A stretch of DNA of 64,000 nt, from the NCBI RefSeq assembly GCF_016432865.1, contig NC_067400.1:620620001-620684000 (forward strand), written 5' to 3'. Numbering within the stretch: position 1 is the stretch's first letter; every line of letters begins with the position of its first letter. This stretch comes from Antechinus flavipes. Taxonomy: Eukaryota. Below the pieces are notes generated by a model. It was not told the DNA's origin and did not search any database. It saw nothing but the letters and a program-made list of their open reading frames with translations. The translations under genes and the position numbers were made by a program. Below, piece after piece: positions 48,029 through 59,412 of this stretch.

Positions 48029-49015
48029 CATCTGTGAGCTAGGAGCTCCAGAAACTGCTGCCACCACCAAGTAGTTGCCTCAAAGATGTATTTCTACCAC
48101 CATGGAACAGCCTGTTTTGCATAGGTTGCACTTTTCTTCATCCCTAAAAAACCTCCCAACTACCCCTGAGACAGACTTTTCTTCCCAATAATGTTATTTT
48201 TTAAAATTATAGCTTTTTATTTACAAGTTATATGCATGGGTAATTTGACAGCATTGACAATTGTCAAACCTTTTATTCCAATTTTTCCCCTCCTTTCTCC
48301 TACTCCCTCCCCTAGATGGCAGGATGACCAGTACATGTTAAATATATTAAAGTATAAATTAAATACAAAATAAGTTTACATGTCCAAACCATTATTTTGC
48401 TGTACAAAAAGAATTGGATTCTGAAACATTGTACAATTAGCCTGTGAAGGAAATAAAAAAAATGCAGACAGGAAAAAACATAGGGATTGGGAATTCATTG
48501 TAATGGTTCTTACATCTTACATCTCCCAGAGTTCTTTTACTGGATATAGCTGATTCAATTCATTCCTGCTCCATTGGAACTGATTTGGTTCATTTCATTA
48601 CTGAAGATGACCAGGTCCATGAAAATTGATCATCATATAGTATTATTGTTGAAGTATATGATGATCTCCTGGTCCTGCTCATTTCACTCAGCATGAGTGC
48701 ATGTAAATCTCTCCAGGACTTTCTGAAATCATCCTGTTGGTCATTTCTTACCGAACAATAATATTCCATAATATTCATATACCACAATTTATTCAGTCAT
48801 TCTCCAATTGATGGGCATCCACTCAGTTTCCAGTTTCTGGCCACTACAAAGATCTTCCCAATAATGTTAGTTGGCTTGAGTCGAAAAATTGTTTCACCTG
48901 AGCTTTTGTTAGTTTTATTGCTCTGGTATTTAATTTGAGGTATGATTTTAGAGTTGTTTACAGAGAATTTAGTAGGAATCAGCTAAGGACTTCTCAGCAC
49001 TGCCATCTGGGCTCT
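45203..49015. mobile_element. L1 mosaic (copy A): ORF2-EN/inter-ORF(-), 5'UTR(+), ORF2 pieces(+), 5'UTR(-)
   Basis: L1 5' start motif ggagccaaggtggtggag at about 47092(+). ORF2 text gcaattattagaaacacttttgcccaattatatgccaataaa(+). Reverse-complement 5' start ...cactgccatctgggctc at about 49000-49015. Confidence 0.65.
48197..48852 (-). mobile_element. Young 5'-truncated L1 (656 bp) present only in copy A
   Basis: Perfect 17-bp TSD tcttcccaataatgtta at 48180-48196 and 48853-48869. Single empty site in copy B at about 61817-61833. Confidence 0.92.
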
Positions 49016-49084
49016 GGAAAAAAAAGTAACTACTGTTTTCAATATAGTTATCCAGTTACTGCTTGAAAAACCTACCACTTCTCA

Positions 49085-49400
49085 AGGCAGCCCATTCAAT
49101 TTAGGAAAAATCCTAATACTAGGAAGGCTTTTGAGCTTAAATTTACATCTTTGAACCTTTGACTTAGTGCTTCTAGTTCTCTTCTTTCTAGATGAAGAAA
49201 ATAGGTCTTTGTCTGTTCCATAGTAATAGCAATTTGGGTATTCTAACACAGCTATCACACCCCACCTGAGTCTTCCTTTTCCTAGGCTAACCATTTCCAA
49301 TTCCTTCAATTGTTTCTTAAAAGGCATGAACTGAAGGACTTTCAAAATAATGATTGCCCTCTAGACACTCTCAGGATTATCAGATTTCATCACTATAATA
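49085..49400 (-). mobile_element. CR1/L3 LINE fragment (copy A; paralog at about 62045-62350)
   Basis: ORF text LKELEMVSLGKGRLR.G.IAV...DLFS...RTRS is the decayed CR1 ORF2 C-terminus. Confidence 0.75.
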
Positions 49401-50873
49401 TATACTTTCTAAAGCTATTTGAATATTTTATGGGAATGCCTATAGAATACATAGTAATTTTTACAATTCTCTATACTTTTCAGCTTTTAGTATTGCTATA
49501 ACTTATATTCGTATGCATTTTAAAAATAAAAATACAAACACCCTTTCTCCATGAACCTTTCCCAAAGCTTTATTTATGGAAGGACCTCTCTTCTATTCCT
49601 GAGAAATCACATAGTAAACTGTTTATACCCATTTTGTGAAGTTTTTGTTTATTTTGTTTTAAGTTTTTTTTTTTTTTACTCCTGGAAGACCTTAATTTTG
49701 TGAATTAAGAGAGATATGGAGGAAATCAGTAATTTAATAGGATAAGCAAAGTTTTGAAGCATTGATATCTTGAGATTTTAGAAGAAGAGAGCCAACTCTG
49801 AGATCTGGAAGCTGTCCAATGTGCTGCTTGAATTATTAAAGGTTTTTGTGTTGAAAGATTGTACATAAACTTCAAGACTTTCTTTAGTGCTTATGAGGAA
49901 TGTGAAAGGAACCAAAGTCTGAATACAGGAAGGAATCATGGTTTATTTAGTTGGTGTTTTAAGGAGGATTCTAAATACTTGTGGAAATTGCTATCTGTCA
50001 GTTTAATAGTACTGCTGCAGTAATTCTGTGCTTAGCAGGAACCTTTTCATGCCAGTTATCATAGTAAGGAGTAGAAATGGAGTGGGGAGAAATAGATTCA
50101 TTCAGCACCATGGCTAGAAAAAACAACTAACTAGCTTAATCAAAATGTTCATTAGCATATGCAATTATTAACTAGTTTTATTAATTATTCATGTAATTAT
50201 TAACTAGTTTCATTATTAACTGGTTTTGTTAACATATAAAGTTCTTTCAAATCTTAAGGCAATATATATATATATATATAATATGTATGAATGTATATGT
50301 GCATATATGTTATCATGATGATTACTGTTATTGTTTTTGCTATCATTATTACCAATGGTAATAAATTATCTGTTTTGCTTTTGTTGTTAATGGTGATGGC
50401 ATTAAGAACATGCAAGGGCAGGGTGTATCAGGAAAGTGTCAGGAAGAAGAGTAGAGATTGTTGCAACCCTTAACAGAATCTTCACTAATGTGAAGCTATT
50501 TGGAAGAGTTATTATTTCACAGAAAATGATTTGCATTAGACAATCATAGATTCAGAGGTGGAAGGACCTGAAAAATACACTTTGGCTAAGTGAGTAAGAA
50601 ACTAAACTTGGAGTGAAGAAGACCTCACTCCAAATTCTATCCTAATCTCATTAGTTTGTTATTCATAATCAAGTCACTTAACTGTATTAAGTTTGTTTCC
50701 TCATCTAAAAATAATTGACAATAGTTTCAACTTGGCTCAAAAGTGGTTGTAAAGAACAACATGAAAGAAAAAAAATAAAGTGTTTTTCAGAATTGTTACT
50801 GCATACAATTCAGTTATTATTGTTATAAATCAGAGTAAAATTTCTTCATTTTACATATTATTAAAATGGCACA

Positions 50874-51100
50874 GAGGAGCTAGGTGGTGCAATGGATAGC
50901 ATCCTGGGCCAGGAGTCAGAAAGACTCATCTTTGTGAGTTCAAACCTAGACTCAGATACTTACTGATTGTGTGACTGCAGGCAAATCTGTCACCCTGTTT
51001 GCCGCAGTTTCCTCATCTGTAAAGTGACTTGGAAAAGAAGATGATGACCACTCCAGTATCTCTGCCTAGAAAATACCAGAATTGGCCACAACTAAAAAAT
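50874..51100 (+). mobile_element. Mar1-type CORE-SINE (copy B)
   Basis: Paralog of 37260-37485. Confidence 0.8.
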
Positions 51101-51495
51101 GGACTAAAAAAATAAATGAGAATCATAAAATTTGGATAACTTGTCCAAATTCATACTAGTAATAAGTGACAGAGGAGCAGGAGATGGATTCAGAGTTCTG
51201 TGCACTGACTCAGACTACCTCAAGGTGAACTTTTAGGCAAGGGAAGATTGTTGTTGAATTAATATTCTGGAGATACTTCCTTAAGCAACTTATGTTGATG
51301 TGAAAAGAGTATTTAGACTTTCTGAGACAATTGAAGTTCCACTTCTAGAAAACAATTATCAAAAATGCTGCCTCATCATTTATTGCCCTAGTGATTAGTT
51401 TTGGAAAAGAAAACTTTTTTTTGGGGGGGAAGGGGGACTATTAAAGCAACCACTTCTTTCATTTTCCAGTTTTGTTAAAAAGTAACCAACCATCT

Positions 51496-52434
51496 CTACT
51501 TTGGAGACATTTTTTCCTCTCCCATTAATTTCCTTAACGCCATCTTCACATCCTTGTTCCGAAGGCTGTAGATGAGGGGGTTGAGCATAGATGGAAGGAT
51601 ACCATACAGCAGAGAAATGAGCTTGTCCTGATCCTGGTTGGTCTTGTCCTGAGGAATCATGTACACAGATATCGCTGTGCCATAGAACATAACTACCACC
51701 GTTATGTGGGAGCTGCAGGTGGAGAAAGCCTTCTTTCGACCCTCTGCTGAATGCATTTTCAGCACAGCCCCAAGGATGCGCCCATAGGAGGCAAGGATGA
51801 AGGCAAAGGGTGCAAGGAGAGTCAGGCAACTGGTGGCCATCGTCAACCACTCATAAAACTTCAGATCATTGCAAGCACGCTTGAGGATGGCCAAGAATTC
51901 GCAAGAAAAGTGATTGATCATGTGATGGCCACAGAACTCCAGTGGCATTGTAAGGGTTGGAACTACAGTCAGAAGAAAGGCTGCCACCCAGGAAACCACT
52001 GCTAGCTTGACACAGAGCTGGGGACTCATCCTAATTGAGTAGCGTAGTGGGTCGCCAATGGCGATGCAACGATCATAGGCCATGACGGCCAGTAGGAGGC
52101 ATTCCACAACCCCAAAATAAAGGCCGGCACACATCTGGGCCAGACATTGGCCCAGGGAGATGGAGGGAATCTTGACCAAGCAGTTGATGAGCATCTGAGG
52201 CACACTAGATGAAGTATAGCACATGTCCAGAAAGGACAGATTACTGAGGAAGAAATACATGGGAGTGTGGAGCCGGGAATCATAGTGGATCAAGAAGAGA
52301 ATGAGGCTGTTTCCAAGTAATATGATAAAATAGGATATTAAGAGCAAGCAGAAGAAGATGACTTGGGCTCTGGGATACTCTGAGAGTCCAACTAGAATAA
52401 AATAGGTCACATCTGTTTCATTTCCTTCATCCAT
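51496..52434 (-). CDS. OR13H1-like: Olfactory receptor OR-5 (OR13H-like), 312 aa, intact
   Basis: 298/312 aa identical to OR-4. ATG at 52434 with acceptor gctcttttttcctgcag| 19 nt upstream. The ORF-track extension to 52548 is intronic. Confidence 0.95.
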   Translation of the reverse strand: MDEGNETDVTYFILVGLSEYPRAQVIFFCLLLISYFIILLGNSLILFLIHYDSRLHTPMYFFLSNLSFLDMCYTSSSVPQMLINCLVKIPSISLGQCLAQMCAGLYFGVVECLLLAVMAYDRCIAIGDPLRYSIRMSPQLCVKLAVVSWVAAFLLTVVPTLTMPLEFCGHHMINHFSCEFLAILKRACNDLKFYEWLTMATSCLTLLAPFAFILASYGRILGAVLKMHSAEGRKKAFSTCSSHITVVVMFYGTAISVYMIPQDKTNQDQDKLISLLYGILPSMLNPLIYSLRNKDVKMALRKLMGEEKMSPK

Positions 52435-54920
52435 GGCCTTCTCTTTTCTCAAACTGCAGGAAAAAAGAGCAATCACATTTTTTTCCAAATTATAACTTTT
52501 GACAGATATTTGAATATCAGACCAATTTGCATGAGCCATTTTGACCAAGAACCAAGAATAACTATGATTTTGTAAAGTCCTTCATAAAAAGGCTTTACGA
52601 GATTATGAAATAGTAACAGTAATAATAATAATAAAAACACCTATTTTCAATATTTTTGGAACATAATTTTCTACTTGAAAACTTTCCTGATTTCCTCAAA
52701 TACTACTTTCTCCCTTAAGTGTTGTTTAGAAATATCATATTAATTATTATATTATATCACATGTCATATGTTCTGTTATATGTTATATTACATATGTATG
52801 CATATACCTATATGATCTATATGTATTTAGGTATGTAAAAATCTCATTGATTGATTTCTTTTTTTTTTTTTTTGCTCTTAGATATTTCCTCATATATCAT
52901 AAATCTAACTTATTATTTACTCATACCTTAAATCCTTTCCATTTGGTAGGACTCACTATTACTTATAGTTCACTAACATAGACTTCAAGAGTCCAATATC
53001 AAACTTCATGGTTTGATAAGAAATCCACATGGAACTTTTATGGAAATAAGAGATTAAAACAATGAGAGAACCAATTTATATATTCATATACTTAACAACT
53101 ATAGAGGAGGTAGAGAAAATACGAAATACTGAGAAGAGTACTGATCTAGAACTCGAATCCCAGATTCCAACAAATTTTGTTGCTAACTTACTTATTTTGT
53201 CAGTCTGTTGTTTAGTCATTATGTCTGACTTTTTGTGACTGTATTTGGGGTTTTCTTGGCAAAAATACTGGAGCAATTTGCCGTTTTCTTCTCAACTCAT
53301 TTAATAATTGAGGAAAGCTGGTAACTCTCTGAGGCCAAATTTGAACTCAGGGAAATGAGACTTCTTAACTCCAAATCTGCTACTCTTATCCACAATGCTA
53401 GCTACCCGACCAACTTAGTATTTACTTAGGAAGAAATTTACTTCTATTGTCTAGAAAAATGGTCTCAGTTTTCAAGCTTAGTTGTGTAGACATAGCATTG
53501 TAAGAAGAAGCAATACTTGGCTTAGTGCTCCAGCTCCATAACTTATTAGACATAGAACCTGAAGTCAAATGCCCTCTCACCCTTTCCTTCTTTATCTGTA
53601 AAATGTGAATAGCAATATGTTCACTATATAACTTGTAGGTTTTGTTGTATATCTGAGTGATGAACATAAAATGCTATATACTTTTTGGGAGGAAAGGAAG
53701 CAATTCCATTCAAAGTATGTCCCATGCGATTACATGGTAAGGTTATTGGAATGCCAAACTGATCACAAAGACTGAAAAAAAAAAGTCCTTTTTTTTGTTA
53801 TTGGGATTGAAATTTGGCTGTAAATGGGCCATGCCATGAGGTTTATATCATCTTTATATAGAGACCTTGTTATTGAGACTGTTTATTATTTATAAGAAGA
53901 TTTGTCTGGAAGAGTGTGAGTCCATTTAGGCCATCATTCACTGGAGTACAGATAGCATCCAAGGCAGGAATCACAAGAATTTGATTCTAACTCCAGTTTG
54001 ACATCAAAGGGGTAGGGGAATATTTATATAGCACAGGACAGATAGATAGATAGATAAATTGAATGGATAGATTCAGATGAATAGATGTTTATAGATATTC
54101 ATATATAGATCTCTCTCTATAGATATCTATATATCCATCTCTATCCATCTCTCTCTATATCCCTATATATCTATAGTTGTATAGATAGAGAGATAATATT
54201 TATATGTAGTATCTCCCATGTGCTGAGTACTATGCCTTTAAGCTCTTTTTACTAATATAATTTCATTTGATCCTTACAACCAACCTGAGAGTTTATTATT
54301 GTTATATTATTATCATAATTTTATTGCCGAGTAGACTAAGACAAATAGAGATTAAATGTCCTTGCCCTGGATTATATAAATATCTGAGCCTGGATTTGAA
54401 TTCTGGTCTTCCTACCTCTGGGTTTGAGCTTTACTTATAACTAACTCAAATTCACTATATCATTCAAGAAATTACTCTCTGTTTCTGACTCAGTTTCTTC
54501 ATCTGTAAACTGATAGGGTTGTTCTATATGATTTTAACATGCCTCATCACTCTGATTTTTTATGTTTTGTTTTCCAACAATCCAGTTAGTTCATATTTCT
54601 CTAGTCTAAATTCTAAATTTGCTTCTATATTGAACATTCTGCATTTAGGAACTAAATTTCCTTATAGCTCTAACATTTTCTTTTCCATGATCCATTACTT
54701 TCCAGTTTTGTCCTGTGATTGACATTTTGAGGCTTCTGTATTATCCATGGTATTTGTATTCTAGATATGTTATTCTAAACTACTCTGTAAGTTGTTCTAT
54801 GTCATACTGTTTACAAATTTTTTCTTTATATAAGTCCAATATGGGTCACTCATTGTATACGTAAACGTAAAGAAGAAACAAGAAAGGGACAATAATAATG
54901 GAAAAAAGGAAAATTCTTAC

Positions 54921-54955
54921 CAGGAAGGAATAGCAGAGTAATTGATAGGGTCAAC
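54921..54955 (-). other. Predicted 35-nt 5'UTR micro-exon of OR-5
   Basis: cctccttttttctag| acceptor and CTG|GTAAGA donor. Paralog of 41311-41345. Confidence 0.4.
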
Positions 54956-57900
54956 CTAGAAAAAAGGAGGCCAATTCAAGGGTCTTCCTCAATAAGCATT
55001 TGAAAAGCTTAAAACGAACTAAGCAATTCTTCTGATCAGTGCCTGGACAATAACTATCTCACTAAATGAAATCGGGTGGTGTTTCTGAAATACGAGCTTC
55101 AAACTAGGTTCTTTTGACTTCAGATCTTTCATGGAGGCAGAGTTGTTTGGAAAGAGTCCAAAATTTGGAGCCATGATATTGGTTTGTCTTCGCTCTGCAA
55201 TTTCTTAGCAGTTTTATAACTAATAAATCATGCCTTTCATCATCTTCAAAAAATGGGATTGTATTTCATCTCATTGTTGGTGAAAAAAAAGATTGGACAC
55301 AGGTATAAGGAGATGTGTGTTCAACTTCCAACTTACAAACTTTATGACAATGCGCAAATTAGTTCAATTTTCTGACACTGTTTCCTCAACCATAAAATAG
55401 GAACATTTGTTGCATTGTTTTCCCATGCCAGATTAAAAACAAAATATTCATTACCTTATTACCCATGTATTACATGGACATCATCTAAGGTCATTATGGA
55501 TTTTGAGAAGATCCAGGCATAGTATTTGTAACTGTACAGTCATACATTGAAAGTCCATGGTTAGAAGAGGGATTCAGAGGTCAAAGATCTCTTATTAGCT
55601 AATAGACTGTCCATAGTTTATATCTTCATCTTTGAAGACCTCCTGATATTCCATTTTTGAATCCTTTAGTCAACCCATAGGAAGTCATTCTTCATTGAGC
55701 AAAGCATTGTCACATTTGGACAGAGATGATGACTTTATAGACTCTTGGGAGGAAAATGACTTTTTTTAAAAAAAATAATTCTACCTTTCCCTTCAGAACA
55801 ATACTGTGTTCTCTTAACTCCAAATGGAGAGATAAGTCATTCTAGGCAAGCCAAGGATTGATATCAACCTTGAAACTCCCTTTGCAGGAGGTCCTGCCTC
55901 TTTGTAATTTGTAGAATCAGAAATTTGGTACCTTTATCTTGAAAAATATTGCAATGTTGGTTTGCCTCAAAATACTATAGTATATGTATGTATGTATACA
56001 TATATGCACACACATATAAATCTCACATCATTGAAAGGAATGTTAGAAATCAATTGTAGAACTCCAGCTTCCTACCCATTGTAGGTTGTATGTTCATGGT
56101 ATTCCTCACATATTATCATCCAGGATACTGCATCTTATTTTTCTCTATGTGTCTGCAAAGATGGTGGTCCCTTAGTTCTATAATGAAATCTTTCCTCCTT
56201 TACATCTCCAAAAATCCTCAGCTGCCTTCTAGGCACAGGTCATCTGCTGCCTCTTGCACAAAATTTTCTTTCTTCTCCCCAGTTGCTAGATTTCTCTCCC
56301 TAAATCACTTTCTTGATTTGAATTTGCTTATTTGTATAAAGGCCATATTCTCCCCAAAGAAATAAAAGTCCCTTGAGGTCGGGGACATGGATTGCTCATG
56401 TCTAATAAAATTCCTTGCACATAGTAGGCACTTAATTTGTGTTCATTGAAGTGAAATGATACGAATCCACGATCTTCCTAAATACTTTTTCTGATGAGGG
56501 GCTCACTATTTGAAAGGTAGCTAAATTCTCCATCTTAACATTTTATTTTTTATAATGAGTCAAAATCTGTTTCCCTATTACTTATAGAATCAAAGGATCA
56601 TAGTATTTCAAAGTTGTAAGGGACCTTAGAGGTTTTCTAATGTAGGCCCTTCGATTTATAGGTGGGTGAACTGAGCTCCAAAGAGGTCAAGTGATTGTTC
56701 TGAAATGACAAAGACAGTAAATATTATGACCAGAACTCAAAGGAAGTTTTGAAAGTTCAAGTTCAGTGCTCTTTTCACTATACCATGTTCCTATTTTCCT
56801 CTTGGATTTACACAAATCCTATTTAGATTTCCACATGAGAAACTTTTGGATTTCTGAAAGCAGTGATCATCTCCTTAGCAGTGTTCTCTTTTTCAAGCCC
56901 AATATCTGCAATTATTTCAATCAATGCCAAATCACTCTGGTTTATTCTCCTGGGAATACTAGCCACAGCTACCAGGATGTGCTACAGCTTTTCTCTCTCT
57001 CTTTCTCTGGGTATATTACAACATGTGACACAATAAATTAAAACATGCACAAATGGTAAATAGCACTTTAATTGAAATGTTGGATCTGATATCAGAAATA
57101 CCTGAGTTCATATATAGCTTCAGATACTCACTAGTTGTTTGGTCCTGGGAAAATGACAATCTCTCTAAGACTCAGTTTTTTTCATATATAAAATAGGGAT
57201 AATAATAACACTTACATCCTAGGGTTGTTGTTTTTATATAAAATGAAGTAATATTTTTAAAGCATTTTCTAAACCTTAAAGCACTATATTCGAATATAAT
57301 TATTATTACTTGTTACGTGCCAGCTTATTTCATTCAGTTAAAAACTTATTTCCCTAGGAGGAAAAATACATTCAAGTTAACCAAAGAATTCATTTAAATC
57401 AGGCAGTCTGAAGCAGGTCCTACCTCCTCAGTGGTACATCTAGAAATAACAGGTTCCTGCCAGAAAGTGAATGCAGCTATTCATGGAACTGTAGCTAAAT
57501 ATAAGAACACCAAGAGATAGCATAGTATAAAAGCAAATTCACTGAATCATTGCTAAGGAATCCTGTTTTTAATGACAGTTCTACTCACTATTGGGAGTAG
57601 CCATGAATCCCAGATTGGCTATTAAGACATAAGGGATATCACTACATTTCTCTTCACTTCCATATTCTAATGTATAAAAGTATGAGGTTGGTCTGAAAGG
57701 GCCATTGAGGCTCTAAATTCTATGTTCTATATTCATTCTTGCTCTGACACTCTATATTCTAGGTTAATGAAATTCTCTTAAGTTCTAACATTATATTCTC
57801 TAAAGTATCTCAATATTGTGTTCTAATAAACACATTGCATATTGATATTTTCTTCTAGTTCTGATATTTCATTCTTTTATGAAAATTGATCTAATAAGAA

Positions 57901-58064
57901 AGTTTAACTTTCTCTTTAATCCATACCTTTTTTTCATATATTTATTCACAATTCTCTGTGATCCACCTCTCAACATTCTCTTTCATTTCCTTTTTGAAAG
58001 TATCACTGACTGAGCAAATAAAAGGGAATAGGAGAGCAGAAGATATCTCTGGTTTAACATGATC

Positions 58065-58545
58065 CCTTACCTTTGTAACTCCAATACCCACTACCCTCAA
58101 AAAACTTGTACCTAGGATAAGAAATCCGTGGCAATATGGGTAGCTACAAGATGCCAGAAAACAATGGGTCTCAGTCTCACAAAAGTAAAAAAAAAGTTTA
58201 TAAAACTGGATCTTCAGACAGTTCCCCAAGACCAAATTTTGTCTTTTTCTACCTAACCTTTCCTTTCTAAACAGCACTACTCATCCTATCCACCACACAC
58301 CACATGCACATACAATTTCAGGGAAATCTTTTAGCGATGGAAGACTGGCATCTGGCTGAAACCACTGCAAAAGGAGAAGAATAATTGGGGAAGGAGGCGA
58401 AATTGACCATCATTTCTCCTCCTTGTTGACTCCGGAGGCTTCAGGAAAGGGCCTCCATGGGGCAAAGTGCTCATTAAAATCTAAAGTCTTGAGATGCCTT
58501 GGGAATTCAGAGCAAACTTTCTAACAGTCATTAGTGGAGTAGTTT
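58065..58545 (-). promoter_or_regulatory. OR-5 promoter and non-coding first exon module
   Basis: TCATTA at 58471-58476, TAATTG at 58382-58387, donor AAG|GTAAGG at 58065-58070. The EBF palindrome is degraded to ATGCCTTGGGAAT. Confidence 0.75.
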
Positions 58546-58804
58546 TGGAAAATGTTGTTATCTGATAAGCTTACAGGAAAAAAAGTAATTCAGCTAAACA
58601 GTAAGCCAGAGTAAGCATAGGTTAAAGGTTTGCCCACATAGCTAGTAAATGTCTGAGGTTAATTGAAGTCAGATCTTTCTGACTTCAATCTGGTACTCTA
58701 CCCACTGCAGTGCCTAGATGCTTCTAGTTGATCAATGGTGTTGACTCCTTAATGCAGCATTTTATTTTTATTATGCTTATATTCTTGCATTTAGACCCCA
58801 TCAA

Positions 58805-59377
58805 TTTGTTCCCTGAAAGTGTATAGAATTTTTCATGATGAGTCATTTAGAATTGTCTTATATCATTGTATTGTAGAGAACGGTCAAGTGATTCACAGTT
58901 TTCTTTCAATTTGGTTAATCTCTCCTTTGATTTTCAAAATTTTGGTATTTATTTTTTTTGGAATTTTAAATTATTTTTTTCTAGGTTTTTTTTTAGTTGC
59001 ATACTTAGTCAATGATCTGCTCTTTTCTTATTTTATTGATATAATAATTTAGAGACATAAATTTTCATCTAAATACTGCTTTGGATGCAATGTATAGATT
59101 TTTATATGTTGCTTCATTGTTGTCATTCTTTAATTAAATCATAGATTATTTCTTTGACTCATTAATTCTTTAGGATTTGACTATTTAGTTTCCATTCTTT
59201 TTAATTCTATTAATCTAAATTTTATTCCTTCTATTGCATAAAATTCATTGCATTATGATCTGAAAAAGATGCATTTAATATTTCTGATTTTTTAATTTTG
59301 TTGTGAGGTTTCATCTCCTAATATATGATCCATGTACAGTCAAGAAAAAGATATATTTCGATTACCAATCAGTTTTC

Positions 59378-59412
<35 letters not shown>

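Larger units (their letters stand above)
36181..49636 (+). repeat. Tandem segmental duplication, copy A (13,456 bp; contains OR-4)
   Basis: Colinear with 49637-62601 throughout. A 240-bp hand-aligned sample showed about 18 differences (~92-93%). Confidence 0.95.

Noticed and set aside
52435-52548. In-frame N-terminal extensions in the ORF track (OR-5 +38 aa, OR-4 +14 aa, OR-3 +84 aa)
   Set aside because: They cross a canonical splice acceptor 17-19 nt upstream of the shared MD..N.T start and are not conserved between paralogs, so they are intronic.
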